From an uncultured Chloroflexia bacterium (GTDB lineage Bacteria > Chloroflexota > Limnocylindria > Limnocylindrales > CSP1-4), in the NCBI GenBank assembly GCA_963731995.1, contig CAVSXV010000004.1:576973-640972 (forward strand): a DNA stretch of 64,000 bases, in the 5' to 3' direction. Shown piece after piece: positions 17,859 to 26,604 of this stretch; the first letter of the stretch is position 1, and each line of letters begins with the position of its first letter. The notes below the pieces were generated by a model. The model was not told the origin of the DNA and did not search any database. It saw only the letters and a program-made list of their open reading frames with translations. The position numbers and the translations under genes are program-made.

Positions 17859-18076
17859 CTGTTCCTCCTCCGCGCGACTCGTGCTCGGCGAACATCGCGC
17901 AAACCGCCGGGCCTGGGCGAGCAGCGCTCGTCGTGGCTTGGTGCCGCGAACGAAGGTCCAGCCCCCTTACTGGGACCTCGATGCTACACCCGGAGCGTGC
18001 CTGTTCCAACCCGTAAAGGGTTCGCCGAGGTCCAGTTCAGCTAGGTCGTTCCCGTAACACTGAGGCATCGCCTCAC

Positions 18077-18175
18077 GCGGCCAGCGGCCAGCGGCCAGCA
18101 CCGCGGCGGCCAGCGGCGAGCGGCCAGCGGCCAGCACCGCGGCGGCCAGACCGCGGCGGCCAGCGGCCAGCGGCG
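18077..18175. repeat. imperfect GC-rich tandem repeat built from GGCCAGC and ACCGCGGC units
   Basis: It reads 'gcggccagcggccagcggccagcaccgcggcggccagcggcgagcggccagcggccagcaccgcggcggccagaccgcggcggccagcggccagcggcg'. It lies inside an 875-nt divergent intergenic region. Confidence 0.8.
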
Positions 18176-18604
18176 CATCTCCTGGCGCCGGCCCTGCTCC
18201 CTCGACGCGGGAGGGCAGGTCTGCGCAGTCATTGCACGAGATCATCGCGGTTGGGCGTCATGGCGGTACCTGAGCCCACGGCTCCACGCCTGCCGCTGCT
18301 GTGCCCACTCATAGCGGGCATGGATCGTGCCACCGCGGCGTGCCCCGTGGCTCCAAACGCCGCTGATCCCGGCCCGCCGTGCAATGGCTGCGAAGAACCG
18401 GGTTCGAGCGACGGAGGTTGGACGGCACGGTCGGCGGTGTGGTTCCGTGGGCGCGCACCCGGCATGCGCGCGCGGAAGCGGTCGGTCAACACCGATGTCT
18501 CAGTGACCCCGGGGACCCGCGCTGGAGGCGAACAGGTGCTACTTCGCGGGTGAGAGCTCCTGAGGCCATGGCCGGTCGGATCGGGCGGGTCCGTCGGGAC
18601 CGGT

Positions 18605-18678
18605 GGGCCGGTGGCTCAGTGGTCAGAGCAGGGGCGGCCTCGGACCGAAGCGGGCGTCAGCGGTATCGTTGGCTGGCC
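18605..18678 (+). pseudogene. decayed tRNA-like sequence (5' half resembles tRNA-Lys at 20640)
   Basis: 'gggccggtggctcagtggtcagagcagggg' matches the acceptor and D-arm of the tRNA-Lys 2 kb downstream. An acceptor stem is possible only with wobble pairs. The anticodon and T arms do not pair. Confidence 0.4.
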
Positions 18679-18733
18679 GATCGATCCAAGCTGAGGTTTC
18701 CATGTCTGAGCGCTCGCCGATGACCGTCTCCCC

Positions 18734-19417
18734 ATGCGCATGATCTGGCTCGTCCGCGGGGCAACCGCGATGGTGGCACTGGTCGCCATCGCGTCGACCG
18801 CCACCTCCGCCGGCGCCACTGAGGAGCCGTCGACCCCGCCAGCACCCCCGACGTCCGAACCTGCGGAGACATCGGGCCAGGAGTCGACCCAGCCCGCCAC
18901 GGCCGAACCGCGGGAATGCCGGCGCCTCACCGACTTCACCGCCGAGGACACTGGTGCGTGGTTCGTGGTGAACGACGGCGTCATGGGCGGCCGCTCAGAT
19001 GGTGGTGGGTTCATCGATGATTCGGTGCTGCGGTTCGAAGGCAGCGTCGTGACTGCTGGGGGTGGATTCACGAGTGCCAGGCTTCGCCTGGAAGGGGACG
19101 AGCTGGTCGACAGCACCCGTATCGAGATGCGGGTGCGCCCTGACGGACGGAAGTACGGCCTCACGCTGGAGGATGCCGCTGAATTCCGTGGACGCCCGGT
19201 GTCGCACCGGGCTGATCTCGACATCGGTCCTGTCGATGGGGACGGCTGGGCGGTCGCCACCGTGGAGTACGACCAGCTCGTGCCCTCGGTGTTCGGGATC
19301 CTCGTCGACGCGCCGCCGTTCGACCCCGCCACAGCTCGTGAGTTCGGGATCATCATCGCCGATGGCGTCGACGGCGACTTCGCCCTCGACATCGACTGGA
19401 TCGACGCCTGCCCCTGA
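18734..19417 (+). CDS. secreted CIA30-domain protein
   Basis: A signal peptide is followed by 'FVVNDGVMGGRSDGGGFIDDSVLRFEGSVVTAGGGFTSARL', typical of the complex I intermediate-associated protein 30 domain. Confidence 0.7.
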   Translation: MRMIWLVRGATAMVALVAIASTATSAGATEEPSTPPAPPTSEPAETSGQESTQPATAEPRECRRLTDFTAEDTGAWFVVNDGVMGGRSDGGGFIDDSVLRFEGSVVTAGGGFTSARLRLEGDELVDSTRIEMRVRPDGRKYGLTLEDAAEFRGRPVSHRADLDIGPVDGDGWAVATVEYDQLVPSVFGILVDAPPFDPATAREFGIIIADGVDGDFALDIDWIDACP

Positions 19418-19719
19418 GTGGCGGCGGCCCGAATGTTCAGGGGCCTAAGCCGTGCCGGCTGAGCGCTGTGCTTCCCACAGCAGGAACCCCGAGCGTGGTG
19501 GGCATCGTCATCGTCGATGGGCGAGCGCGACATCGCCGTGATGCCGGCAGCGCCGCCGGTGGTCGGTACACTGGTTCTCACCAAGGATGGCGGGACTGAG
19601 GATGTGCCCAGACTGCTGACGGCGCTTGGCGCCGCAGTCATGTTCGCCACGATGTCCTCGGAGTTGATCCACCCTCCTCATCCCGCCGACGCAACTGGGA
19701 CCACATCGGAGGGAGCGAT

Positions 19720-20556
19720 ATGGGACGTATCTCACGAAGCTGGCAACTGGTCAAGGCCAGTTGGGCGGTGCTCCGAGCTGACAAGGAGCTCCTGCTCTTC
19801 CCGGTCGCGTCGGGCATCGCATCGTTCGCCGTGGTCGTCGTGCTCTTCCTCGGCTGGGTCGGGTCAGGTGGCCTCGACAGGCTGGACGGAGATGGCCTCG
19901 GCCCGGTGGACCTCATCCTCCTCTACGCCTTCTACTTCATCACCAGCAGCGTGGTCATCTTCTTCAACTCCGCGCTCATCGCAGCAGCCAACATCCGCCT
20001 CGATGGCGGTGACCCCACGCTCTCGGACGGCTTCCGTATCGCCTTCTCCCACTTGCCGGCCATCTTGGGCTGGGCTGCCATCGCGGCCACCGTCGGGCTG
20101 ATCCTCCAGGCGCTCCGTGAGCGCGGTGGGGCCATAGGGTTCGTCGTCTCGCTGATCGGCGGTGTGGCCTGGGGGCTGATCACGTATCTCGTGGTACCCA
20201 TCCTGGTCGTGGAGGGTATCGGCCCGGTCGATGCCATCAAGCGCTCGGCGTCCCTGCTGCGCAAGACATGGGGTGAGCAGATCGTGGGCAACTTCAGCAT
20301 CGGCCTGGTCATCGGGCTCGCCTTCATCGGCGTCGCGGTCGCTGGCGGCCTCGTCACGGCAGCGCTGTTCAGCGTCTCGGTGGCGCTCGGCGCGTTGGGG
20401 GCCGTCGTGCTAGTAGCCGGGCTCATCATCCTCGCGCTGATCGGTGCTGCACTCTCGGGTATCTACAACATCGCGCTCTATCGGTACGCTGCCGGCAAGG
20501 ATTCGGGCGATCTCTTTCCGCAGGAGACCCTCGCTGGGGCGTTCCGTGTCCGCTGA
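19720..20556 (+). CDS. DUF6159-like polytopic membrane protein
   Basis: 'MGRISRSWQLVKASWAVLRADKELLLFPVASGI' is followed by about 6 TM helices. GGAGGGAG precedes the ATG. Confidence 0.6.
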   Translation: MGRISRSWQLVKASWAVLRADKELLLFPVASGIASFAVVVVLFLGWVGSGGLDRLDGDGLGPVDLILLYAFYFITSSVVIFFNSALIAAANIRLDGGDPTLSDGFRIAFSHLPAILGWAAIAATVGLILQALRERGGAIGFVVSLIGGVAWGLITYLVVPILVVEGIGPVDAIKRSASLLRKTWGEQIVGNFSIGLVIGLAFIGVAVAGGLVTAALFSVSVALGALGAVVLVAGLIILALIGAALSGIYNIALYRYAAGKDSGDLFPQETLAGAFRVR

Positions 20557-20639
20557 CGCCCTTCACGTCGAGGAGGCGGCGACAGGCACCGGAGTGGTGG
20601 GTATCTACTCGATCTGAGCGTGATACCGTCCGAATTCGT

Positions 20640-20715
20640 GGGCCGGTAGCTCAGCGGTCAGAGCAGGGGACTTTTAATCCCTGTGTCCTGGGTTCGAATC
20701 CCAGCCGGCTCACCA
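20640..20715 (+). tRNA. tRNA-Lys (anticodon UUU)
   Basis: It folds by hand: acceptor GGGCCGG/CCGGCTC (one G-U pair), D arm gctc/gagc, anticodon arm gggga-cTTTTaa-tccct, T arm ctggg-ttcgaat-cccag, and an encoded CCA. Confidence 0.9.
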
Positions 20716-20962
20716 GAATCTCTAGGTATTGGTGCGTGGATGCGGCCTTATCTCTCGCGCGCGCGGTATTCCGCCGACACCTGACAGCCACGTTGACAGC
20801 CACGTCGAACGGATCTGGCGTGGGCCGAGCACCACTATGGACACCATGGAGCTGTGCGTGCGGGCTCGTCAGTGACTAGTCGCCCTGCATCGGAGCTTCG
20901 CCAATCCGGGCGGAACCGGAAACGACTCATTCGCCCGGTTCGTAGCGGAAGCTGACGAAACC

Positions 20963-21496
20963 GTGAGTGGAGACGTCGACGCGCTATTGGCCCTAGCAGC
21001 GCTCCGCGAGGAGAAGTACATCAGCCCACCCGAGCTTGGCGTCCTGGCCCAGCGTTCAGCCAGCGAGTCCCAAGGCGTTCTCGAGCGGTTGGCTTCCACG
21101 GACCTGCTGCAGCCAACACGCCGGACTGTGCGAAAGCAGTATCCCAACTATGTCTTGACGGGACACGCTTTGGCCGCGATAGGCCGTGCCGTGAGGTACC
21201 ACCACAGGCAGGGCGATGACGTCGATCGCAAGGTACGTGAACACGTTCGCGAATACGGACACATCACCAATCAGACCATTCGCCGCCTTTTCAACGTCGA
21301 TGTCCAGATTGCTCGGAACGTTCTCAGGGATCTTCAGGATCGCGAGATCCTCCGGAAGCTGGATCCGGGACGTGGCGGCCCCGGCATCAGGTACGGGCGC
21401 GGTGTGCAGTTTGATGCTGATCGCGTCGTATCAGCGCGAGTGGGGGAGCCCGCGCGGTGCTGTCGTCAGTCGGACGGTGAGACGGGGGAGAGGTGA
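20963..21496 (+). CDS. winged-helix DNA-binding protein, probably the C-terminal remnant of a larger AlbA_2/HATPase_c_4-type regulator
   Basis: Two wHTH-like units are visible ('ISPPELGVLAQRSASESQGVLERLASTDLL', 'GHITNQTIRRLFNVDVQIARNVLRDLQDREILRKL'). The upstream in-frame sequence is interrupted by stops. GTG start. Confidence 0.5.
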   Translation: MSGDVDALLALAALREEKYISPPELGVLAQRSASESQGVLERLASTDLLQPTRRTVRKQYPNYVLTGHALAAIGRAVRYHHRQGDDVDRKVREHVREYGHITNQTIRRLFNVDVQIARNVLRDLQDREILRKLDPGRGGPGIRYGRGVQFDADRVVSARVGEPARCCRQSDGETGER

Positions 21497-21554
21497 GGGC
21501 CTCCACGCGTAGAACCGGGCGCGCGACTGCCATGCGCACGGGTAGAGTCGGTGC

Positions 21555-21929
21555 ATGCTCGATGAGACCCGGATTGACCGCTATCTCACCGCGGTGCGGC
21601 TCGTCAAGACGCGCCCGATCGCGTCGCAGCTCTGCGAGGGCGGTCACGTCCTGGTCAACGGCCGGGCTGCTAAGCCATCGACGAGGGTCCGGGTCGGCGA
21701 TCGCGTCGAGGCGCGCATCGCGGATCGCGACCGGATCATCGAGGTCGTCCGGGTGATCGAGGCGCGGGTAGGCGCGCCCGTCGCCGGCACGTGCTACATC
21801 GACCACAGCCCGCCGCCGCCCACCGAGACGCTGCCGCCAGGTATGGCGTGGGCACGTGGTGCCGGCCGGCCGAGCAAGCGCTTGCGTCGCGAGCTGGACC
21901 GGATGCGACGGGGCGGCGGCTCGTCTTGA
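21555..21929 (+). CDS. S4-domain RNA-binding protein (Hsp15-like)
   Basis: 'RIDRYLTAVRLVKTRPIASQLCEGGHVLVNGRAAKPSTRVRVGDRVE' is a canonical S4 motif. The tail is basic ('GRPSKRLRRELDRMRR'). Confidence 0.75.
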   Translation: MLDETRIDRYLTAVRLVKTRPIASQLCEGGHVLVNGRAAKPSTRVRVGDRVEARIADRDRIIEVVRVIEARVGAPVAGTCYIDHSPPPPTETLPPGMAWARGAGRPSKRLRRELDRMRRGGGSS

Positions 21930-21959
21930 GCCCGCAGCGCTGCCAGACGCGGGCCTCTC

Positions 21960-22291
21960 AGAATGCTCGTCTACCCCCAGCACCGCGTCCATCCCCATCG
22001 CCACCGCCCGCTGGCGCTGCTCGAGAGCATGCCCGTAGGTGTTTGACGTCAGCACGATCGAGCTGTGCCCAAGGAGGTTCTTCACATCCTCGAGCGTGAA
22101 GCCCTGGGCTAGCAGGAACGTCGCCGCGGAATGACGCAGATCATGGAACCGGCGGTGGGGAAGGCCAGCAACTTCCAGCGCTCTCTGGAAGGCCCGAGTG
22201 ACGGTGGCGGCATCGAGCGGTGTTCCCCGGATCGTCAGTTCGCAACTGCCTCTGGTGGTCGGGGATTGCAGCCGTGTGTCGGTCGAGCTCG
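21960..22291 (-). pseudogene. tyrosine recombinase (phage-type integrase), C-terminal catalytic remnant only
   Basis: The minus-frame translation is 'ELTIRGTPLDAATVTRAFQRALEVAGLPHRRFHDLRHSAATFLLAQGFTLEDVKNLLGHSSIVLTSNTYGHALEQ' (R...HxxR...Y box). An in-frame stop lies at 22292-22294 and there is no N-terminal domain. Confidence 0.7.
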
Positions 22292-22517
22292 TTAGGACAT
22301 TGAGGGCCTGCGTCTAGTCCTCGAGACGACGAGTGGCGAGCGCTACCGCGTCACGGTGCGCGATGAAGGGGCGGTCGTGGGGCTGTGGTGGCGGTAGGCG
22401 TCGACGCCCCCGAACTACACCTCAGTGGGAGTATCTGCCCATATCGTCCCCGCAGTTGTGCGCCCACCATTTCGTCTGCACGTCTGAACGAGGACCTGCG
22501 CGCATCCGAGGGAGACC

Positions 22518-22697
22518 ATGGCACCGAACACGCATTCCGACGCGCCAGAGGGGCAGTGGACAACAGCACGTCTCATCCCCTCGGTCGGCATCCGGAGCTC
22601 GAAGGAGGCCGAGGCGCGGGCCACGTCGTCGCTCTTCTTCGCGCTCATCAGCTCCCGCTACGTTTGGACCGGCGGTGACACCTTCGTGTTCTGGTGA
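22518..22697 (+). CDS. 59-aa ORF, possibly the N-terminal fragment of a longer nuclease-like family
   Basis: GGAGA lies 4 nt before the ATG. 'ARLIPSVGIRSSKEAEARATSSLFFAL' resembles, from memory only, the N-termini of longer actinobacterial proteins. Its stop overlaps the next start (GTGA). Confidence 0.3.
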   Translation: MAPNTHSDAPEGQWTTARLIPSVGIRSSKEAEARATSSLFFALISSRYVWTGGDTFVFW

Positions 22698-23218
22698 AGT
22701 TGAGGGCATGGGAGATGGACGATGAGTGGCCATCCAGCTTGGACGCAGACTGGACGGCACTCATGGAGGTGATGGATCGACTCCCTGTCGATGCCCAGGC
22801 GCGATCAGATGTGTGGCTCTGGGCGAGCGACTCGGGGCAGACGTGCGACGTCCGTCCGCTTCCATACGGCTCGGTCAAGGTCAAGCACGACCTCCAAGCG
22901 CTCAGCGCCGAATGGCTGGCTGCGTTCCGCGACATCGATGGCGACCTGCCCCCGATCATGGACAAGTGGCACGGATGGCGAGACGACGTCCACGAGGCGT
23001 GGACCGACCTCTATCTCCGTGAGGAAGCCCGCCGCCGCCTGGAGCGCCGCTACTTCGATGGGCGCGGGGTCGTCATGCCGGAACCTGCCGAGCGCCTCGC
23101 TCTGCTCCGGGAGGGCGTTGACTGCCAGCTCGGGCTGTGCGTGGACCTACCCACTTTCCACGGTCTCGCAGGCGGCATCGACGACTATCAGGCCCAGGCC
23201 GGGACGCCGTTCGCCTAG
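22694..23218 (+). CDS. hypothetical Trp-rich acidic protein
   Basis: 174-aa ORF (alternative ATG at 22715). No family was recognised. Its stop overlaps the convergent gene's stop in the palindrome CTAG (23215-23218). Confidence 0.45.
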   Translation: MKLRAWEMDDEWPSSLDADWTALMEVMDRLPVDAQARSDVWLWASDSGQTCDVRPLPYGSVKVKHDLQALSAEWLAAFRDIDGDLPPIMDKWHGWRDDVHEAWTDLYLREEARRRLERRYFDGRGVVMPEPAERLALLREGVDCQLGLCVDLPTFHGLAGGIDDYQAQAGTPFA

Positions 23219-23640
23219 TGCGCGGTGCTGTCCTCGGCCGCCATCAGGCGCAGTGCCAGGTTTTCCATGACTTGGGCACGCACGCTGGGCATCTCGGTCA
23301 TGAGGGCATCGAACTCGCGACGGGCAAGCACGAGCAGCCGTGTATCGGTCAGCAGCGTTACGGTCGCGATGCGTGGCCGGTCCGACAGCAAAGCCATCTC
23401 GCCGAGCACGTCGCCCGGGCCCGCCTCATACAGCAGATGACCGTCGCGCTCGACGTTCGCCCGACCCTCGACGACGACCACGGCCTCAGCACCACGCTCG
23501 CCTTGCTGCATCAGTACCCGGCCGGCCGGCAGATCGAGGACGTCGGCCAGCTGGCCGACACGCTGGAGTTCATGCTTCCCGAGCTGGACGAACAAAGGTA
23601 CGCGAGCCAGAAGGTCCAGCTTCTGATCCCTCGGTGACAT
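23215..23640 (-). CDS. stand-alone cyclic-nucleotide-binding domain protein
   Basis: 'LLARVPLFVQLGKHELQRVGQLADVLDLPAGRVLMQQGERG...GPGDVLGEMALLSDRPRIATVTLLTDTRLLVL' is the cNMP-binding fold. No HTH follows. ATG 23640 has GGGAGG upstream. Confidence 0.75.
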   Translation of the reverse strand: MSPRDQKLDLLARVPLFVQLGKHELQRVGQLADVLDLPAGRVLMQQGERGAEAVVVVEGRANVERDGHLLYEAGPGDVLGEMALLSDRPRIATVTLLTDTRLLVLARREFDALMTEMPSVRAQVMENLALRLMAAEDSTAH

Positions 23641-23797
23641 CCCCACGGTACCTCCCTGACGGACTTGGGTCACCAGCATAGGCTGCCGGACGACGGCGCG
23701 GGCAGGTAGCTCCGCCCCCGTCACAAGGGCCCGCACCGCAGGCTTCGCCGCGTGGCGCGACGATCCGCAGAGCCTCGGGCTGGCGGAAAGGCGAGAT

Positions 23798-24061
23798 CTA
23801 GGTGCCGGCCACTACCCTGTTGGCATGGGTGACCACGACGCCGAGATGGACTGCTCGGCACGTATTGGTGCGTCGCGGTAACACCCGTGGCGCACCCTCG
23901 GCCACGATGGAGGCGTCGTTGTCGTGCACGATCCGCTCGGGCACGCCGCCCAGACGCTCGAGGCAGCCGACGAGTGCCACGCACAGGTCCGCGACCGTCC
24001 GCCCGAGCGTGAAGTCCTCCACTCGATACACTCCTCTCTCCCTCGGTGGGTGTGAGCTCAT
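23798..24061 (-). mobile_element. IS21-family (IstA-like) transposase remnant
   Basis: 'DLCVALVGCLERLGGVPERIVHDNDASIV' matches the GGVPxxxxxDN segment of the IstA DDE core. Only about 85 aa remain. No inverted repeats or IstB gene are present. Confidence 0.55.
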
Positions 24062-24120
24062 GGCTGGTCCACGGCCTCGGGGGTGATGACGTAGAGGCCG
24101 CCGATCTCGCCGCTACGTCG

Positions 24121-25143
24121 CTACGCTGGAGTCCTGTGATACCGGTGAGCCCCCGGCTGTTCACTGTAGGGCAGCGCGAAGCGCTCGAAGAACGCCCACA
24201 TCAGCTCGCTCATGGAAGCGGGAGCCGACTCGATGAGCCAGCCGTGCTCGCCACCGTCAACGACGATCAACTCGACGGCGCCATGGGCGGGACATCGCCA
24301 GGCCATCCTCGTCACGTCTTTGGCGATGGCCTCGCGCTCAGGACCCGGATCGCAGCCGTTGCGCAACGCCATGGCCTCCGCTCGCTCGAGCTCGCTCAGC
24401 GACCAGTCGGGACGCTGGAAGAAGGGCTCGTCGCCCTTCGTCGTGCCCCAGGGCAACCGATCAGAGAGGAAGTCGCCCAGACCGCCATCCCAGAACACGT
24501 ACTCATCAGCGGTCTGACTCAAGGCGAGCACCGGCACGGATCGCTCCGGCTGACAACCCTCGCCGAGGTCGGAGAACATGGCTGCCGGCGCGACCGCCGC
24601 GATGCGGTCCTCGAGCGCACAGGCGAGCGCCATGACGCCGTGGCCGCCCATGGAGAAGCCCGTGGCATAGGCACGGGCGAGATCGAGACACGACTCCTCG
24701 CCCAGGGAGTCGAGCAGCGCATCGATGAAGGCGATGTCGCGGTTGTCGGTCGTGAGCGGGATGTCAGCCACACCTGGCTCCCACATCCAGCCCGAGTCGG
24801 GAGCGTGGCCCTCGGGCGCAACGACGACGACCTCGTGCTCCTCCGCGAAGGGCACGAGGTCGGTCCAGTCCTCGACGCTCGCCGCGCTCATGCCCTGGCC
24901 GTGCAGCCAGAGTACGAGTGGCATGGGCGTCGTCCCGTCGTACGTCGAGGGAACGTACGTGCGCCAACTGCGGGTCTCGCCGGCGACCTCGAGCCTGCCG
25001 CCTGTTGCCGCATCGGCGGACGCATCGTCGCAGCCCGTCGAGGGAACTGGCGCGCCTTCGGCGACGCCGGTCGCGCCATACGCTGGCATCGAAGCAATCA
25101 GCACGAGTGCTACCAAGATCGTGAGTGGCCGGATGGCTCGCAT
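24121..25143 (-). CDS. secreted esterase, PHB-depolymerase (LpqC-like) family
   Basis: Signal peptide 'MRAIRPLTILVALVLIASMPAYG'. Also 'TPMPLVLWLHGQGMSAA' and the nucleophile elbow 'GFSMGGHG'. ATG 25143 was chosen inside ORF 24121..25209. Confidence 0.7.
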   Translation of the reverse strand: MRAIRPLTILVALVLIASMPAYGATGVAEGAPVPSTGCDDASADAATGGRLEVAGETRSWRTYVPSTYDGTTPMPLVLWLHGQGMSAASVEDWTDLVPFAEEHEVVVVAPEGHAPDSGWMWEPGVADIPLTTDNRDIAFIDALLDSLGEESCLDLARAYATGFSMGGHGVMALACALEDRIAAVAPAAMFSDLGEGCQPERSVPVLALSQTADEYVFWDGGLGDFLSDRLPWGTTKGDEPFFQRPDWSLSELERAEAMALRNGCDPGPEREAIAKDVTRMAWRCPAHGAVELIVVDGGEHGWLIESAPASMSELMWAFFERFALPYSEQPGAHRYHRTPA

Positions 25144-25299
25144 CAGTGGTTCCCTCTCTGTCTGGGCGGGTGGACTTCGCCTGATGGCGGGCGGCGACCT
25201 TGCGGCCACCGTAGGACGGACGTGATGTCGCAGCTGGGTGCCATCAGCCCGAGGATCGAGGCCAGCCGGGCTGGGCGCTGCGCTCTGACGAGATCGTTC

Positions 25300-26604
25300 T
25301 CACCGGGATGCAGAGGCAGGCCACGACTCAACTGTCGCGAAGGCCTCAGGTTTGATGACGTACAGACCCGAGTCCTTGACGGCCCAGGCCGACCCATCGG
25401 GAGCGAACGTCAACGGACCCATATCCTGAATCACCCGGTCGGGTAGCTCGAGGCGGACCAGCGACGTGCCATCGAAGCCGGCCATCACGCCGAACGTCGT
25501 GGTTCCGTCCTGGTGAGAGTACGCCTCGGCCGAGGCTCGAGGGACCGCCAGAGGCCCGTACGAGTGCCACCCTTCCCCGTCCCAACTGACGACGGTGAGC
25601 CCGTTCCCGGCGGTGTAGGACGGGACCCAGACGACGCCATCCGCGGTGACAGACATCGGCCCCTGGAATGGCAGGACACTCTCCTTCGGATACGGGATGC
25701 TCGACCAGGACGCGCCGTCATACTTGGCCAAGCCCTCGAACGTGATGGCCACGTCGGACGTCCCACCATCGTCTCTGAAGGCTGGCACCCACACGACGCC
25801 ATCGTTGGCAACCGGCTGCCCAAGACGGATCTCGAACAGAGGGGCTCGGGCGTCGTATCCGAATGATCCGACGTTCCTCGCCGGGACGAACCGACTCTCT
25901 TCGACCGTCTGCTGCATCAAGCCGGGGCCACGCGGTTCATTCTCGAAGCACGTCCCGTCGGCTGCCACGCTCCCGAACAGCCGCACGCAGTTCTCGTAGC
26001 GTGAGCCCTCGTTGGCGATCCACTCCCCGCCCTCGAGGACCGCCGGCACGTCGTAGATCGACTGGGCATAGCCGATGCTCCCGTCGTCGCCGGTCACGAG
26101 TCGCTGGAATGCATGGGCTCCGGTGCTGTCGTCGAGTCGATACGCCACCCCCGGCTCGCCGACCTGCATGATCCGGATCGCCATGCTCTGGTCGACGAAC
26201 TTGAGCACCCAGATGTCCCCCTCGGGCGAGATGGCCACACGGTGGATCTTCGTGTCCAGGCCACGCTGGCCATCGCTGAGCACCCGGAAGACACCGGGTG
26301 CGATCTCTTCCGTGTCGAGCGTCGAGAGCAAGTCAGCCGTCGCAGAGGGGGACGCGGCAGCCGGTGCCGGATCGTCGTTCGGCTGCGTCAGGACCCCCAC
26401 CAGTAGGAAGCCGCCGAACAAGGCCACGATGGCACCGGCGACGACGAACTTGGTCGCGCTGAAGATGGACTGGAACCTCCACTTGGGAAACTGGCTGGCG
26501 GCGACGGCGGCGAAGATCGCGGCGTCATCGACGGGCAGGACCGGGCCAGCGAACCCGTTGAGCTGGCCTTCGATCTGTCGTTCGAGGGCGTTCAGATCAT
26601 CCAT
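25300..26604 (-). CDS. membrane-anchored protein with a beta-propeller-like ectodomain, putative anti-sigma partner
   Basis: The ATG overlaps the sigma-factor stop by 8 nt (ATGGATGA). A short cytoplasmic N-terminus is followed by the TM 'FVVAGAIVALFGGFLLVGVL'. The ectodomain carries repeated 'DG..WV' strands. Confidence 0.55.
   Translation of the reverse strand: MDDLNALERQIEGQLNGFAGPVLPVDDAAIFAAVAASQFPKWRFQSIFSATKFVVAGAIVALFGGFLLVGVLTQPNDDPAPAAASPSATADLLSTLDTEEIAPGVFRVLSDGQRGLDTKIHRVAISPEGDIWVLKFVDQSMAIRIMQVGEPGVAYRLDDSTGAHAFQRLVTGDDGSIGYAQSIYDVPAVLEGGEWIANEGSRYENCVRLFGSVAADGTCFENEPRGPGLMQQTVEESRFVPARNVGSFGYDARAPLFEIRLGQPVANDGVVWVPAFRDDGGTSDVAITFEGLAKYDGASWSSIPYPKESVLPFQGPMSVTADGVVWVPSYTAGNGLTVVSWDGEGWHSYGPLAVPRASAEAYSHQDGTTTFGVMAGFDGTSLVRLELPDRVIQDMGPLTFAPDGSAWAVKDSGLYVIKPEAFATVESWPASASR

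Noticed and set aside
18077-18175. Possible CRISPR array. The same question was asked of the 30-nt repeats at 55801-55903.
   Set aside because: The repeat units are directly adjacent with no unique spacers. The units are degenerate and GC-rich. No cas genes occur anywhere in the window.
18605-18678. A functional second tRNA.
   Set aside because: Only the acceptor and D-arm region resembles a tRNA. No 5-bp anticodon stem or T stem can be formed, and there is no TTCGAAT-type T loop.
20716-20962. An att site or direct repeat of the tRNA-Lys 3' end immediately downstream of the tRNA.
   Set aside because: No second copy of the tRNA 3' segment ('ggttcgaatcccagccggctcacca') was seen by eye elsewhere in the window. 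This cannot be excluded without a computational repeat search.
21387-21959. Continuation of the integrase-frame ORF 21387..22085 past the catalytic Tyr box.
   Set aside because: Integrase similarity ends near 21960. The rest is antisense to the S4-domain gene and has no motif support. It is read-through in GC-rich DNA.
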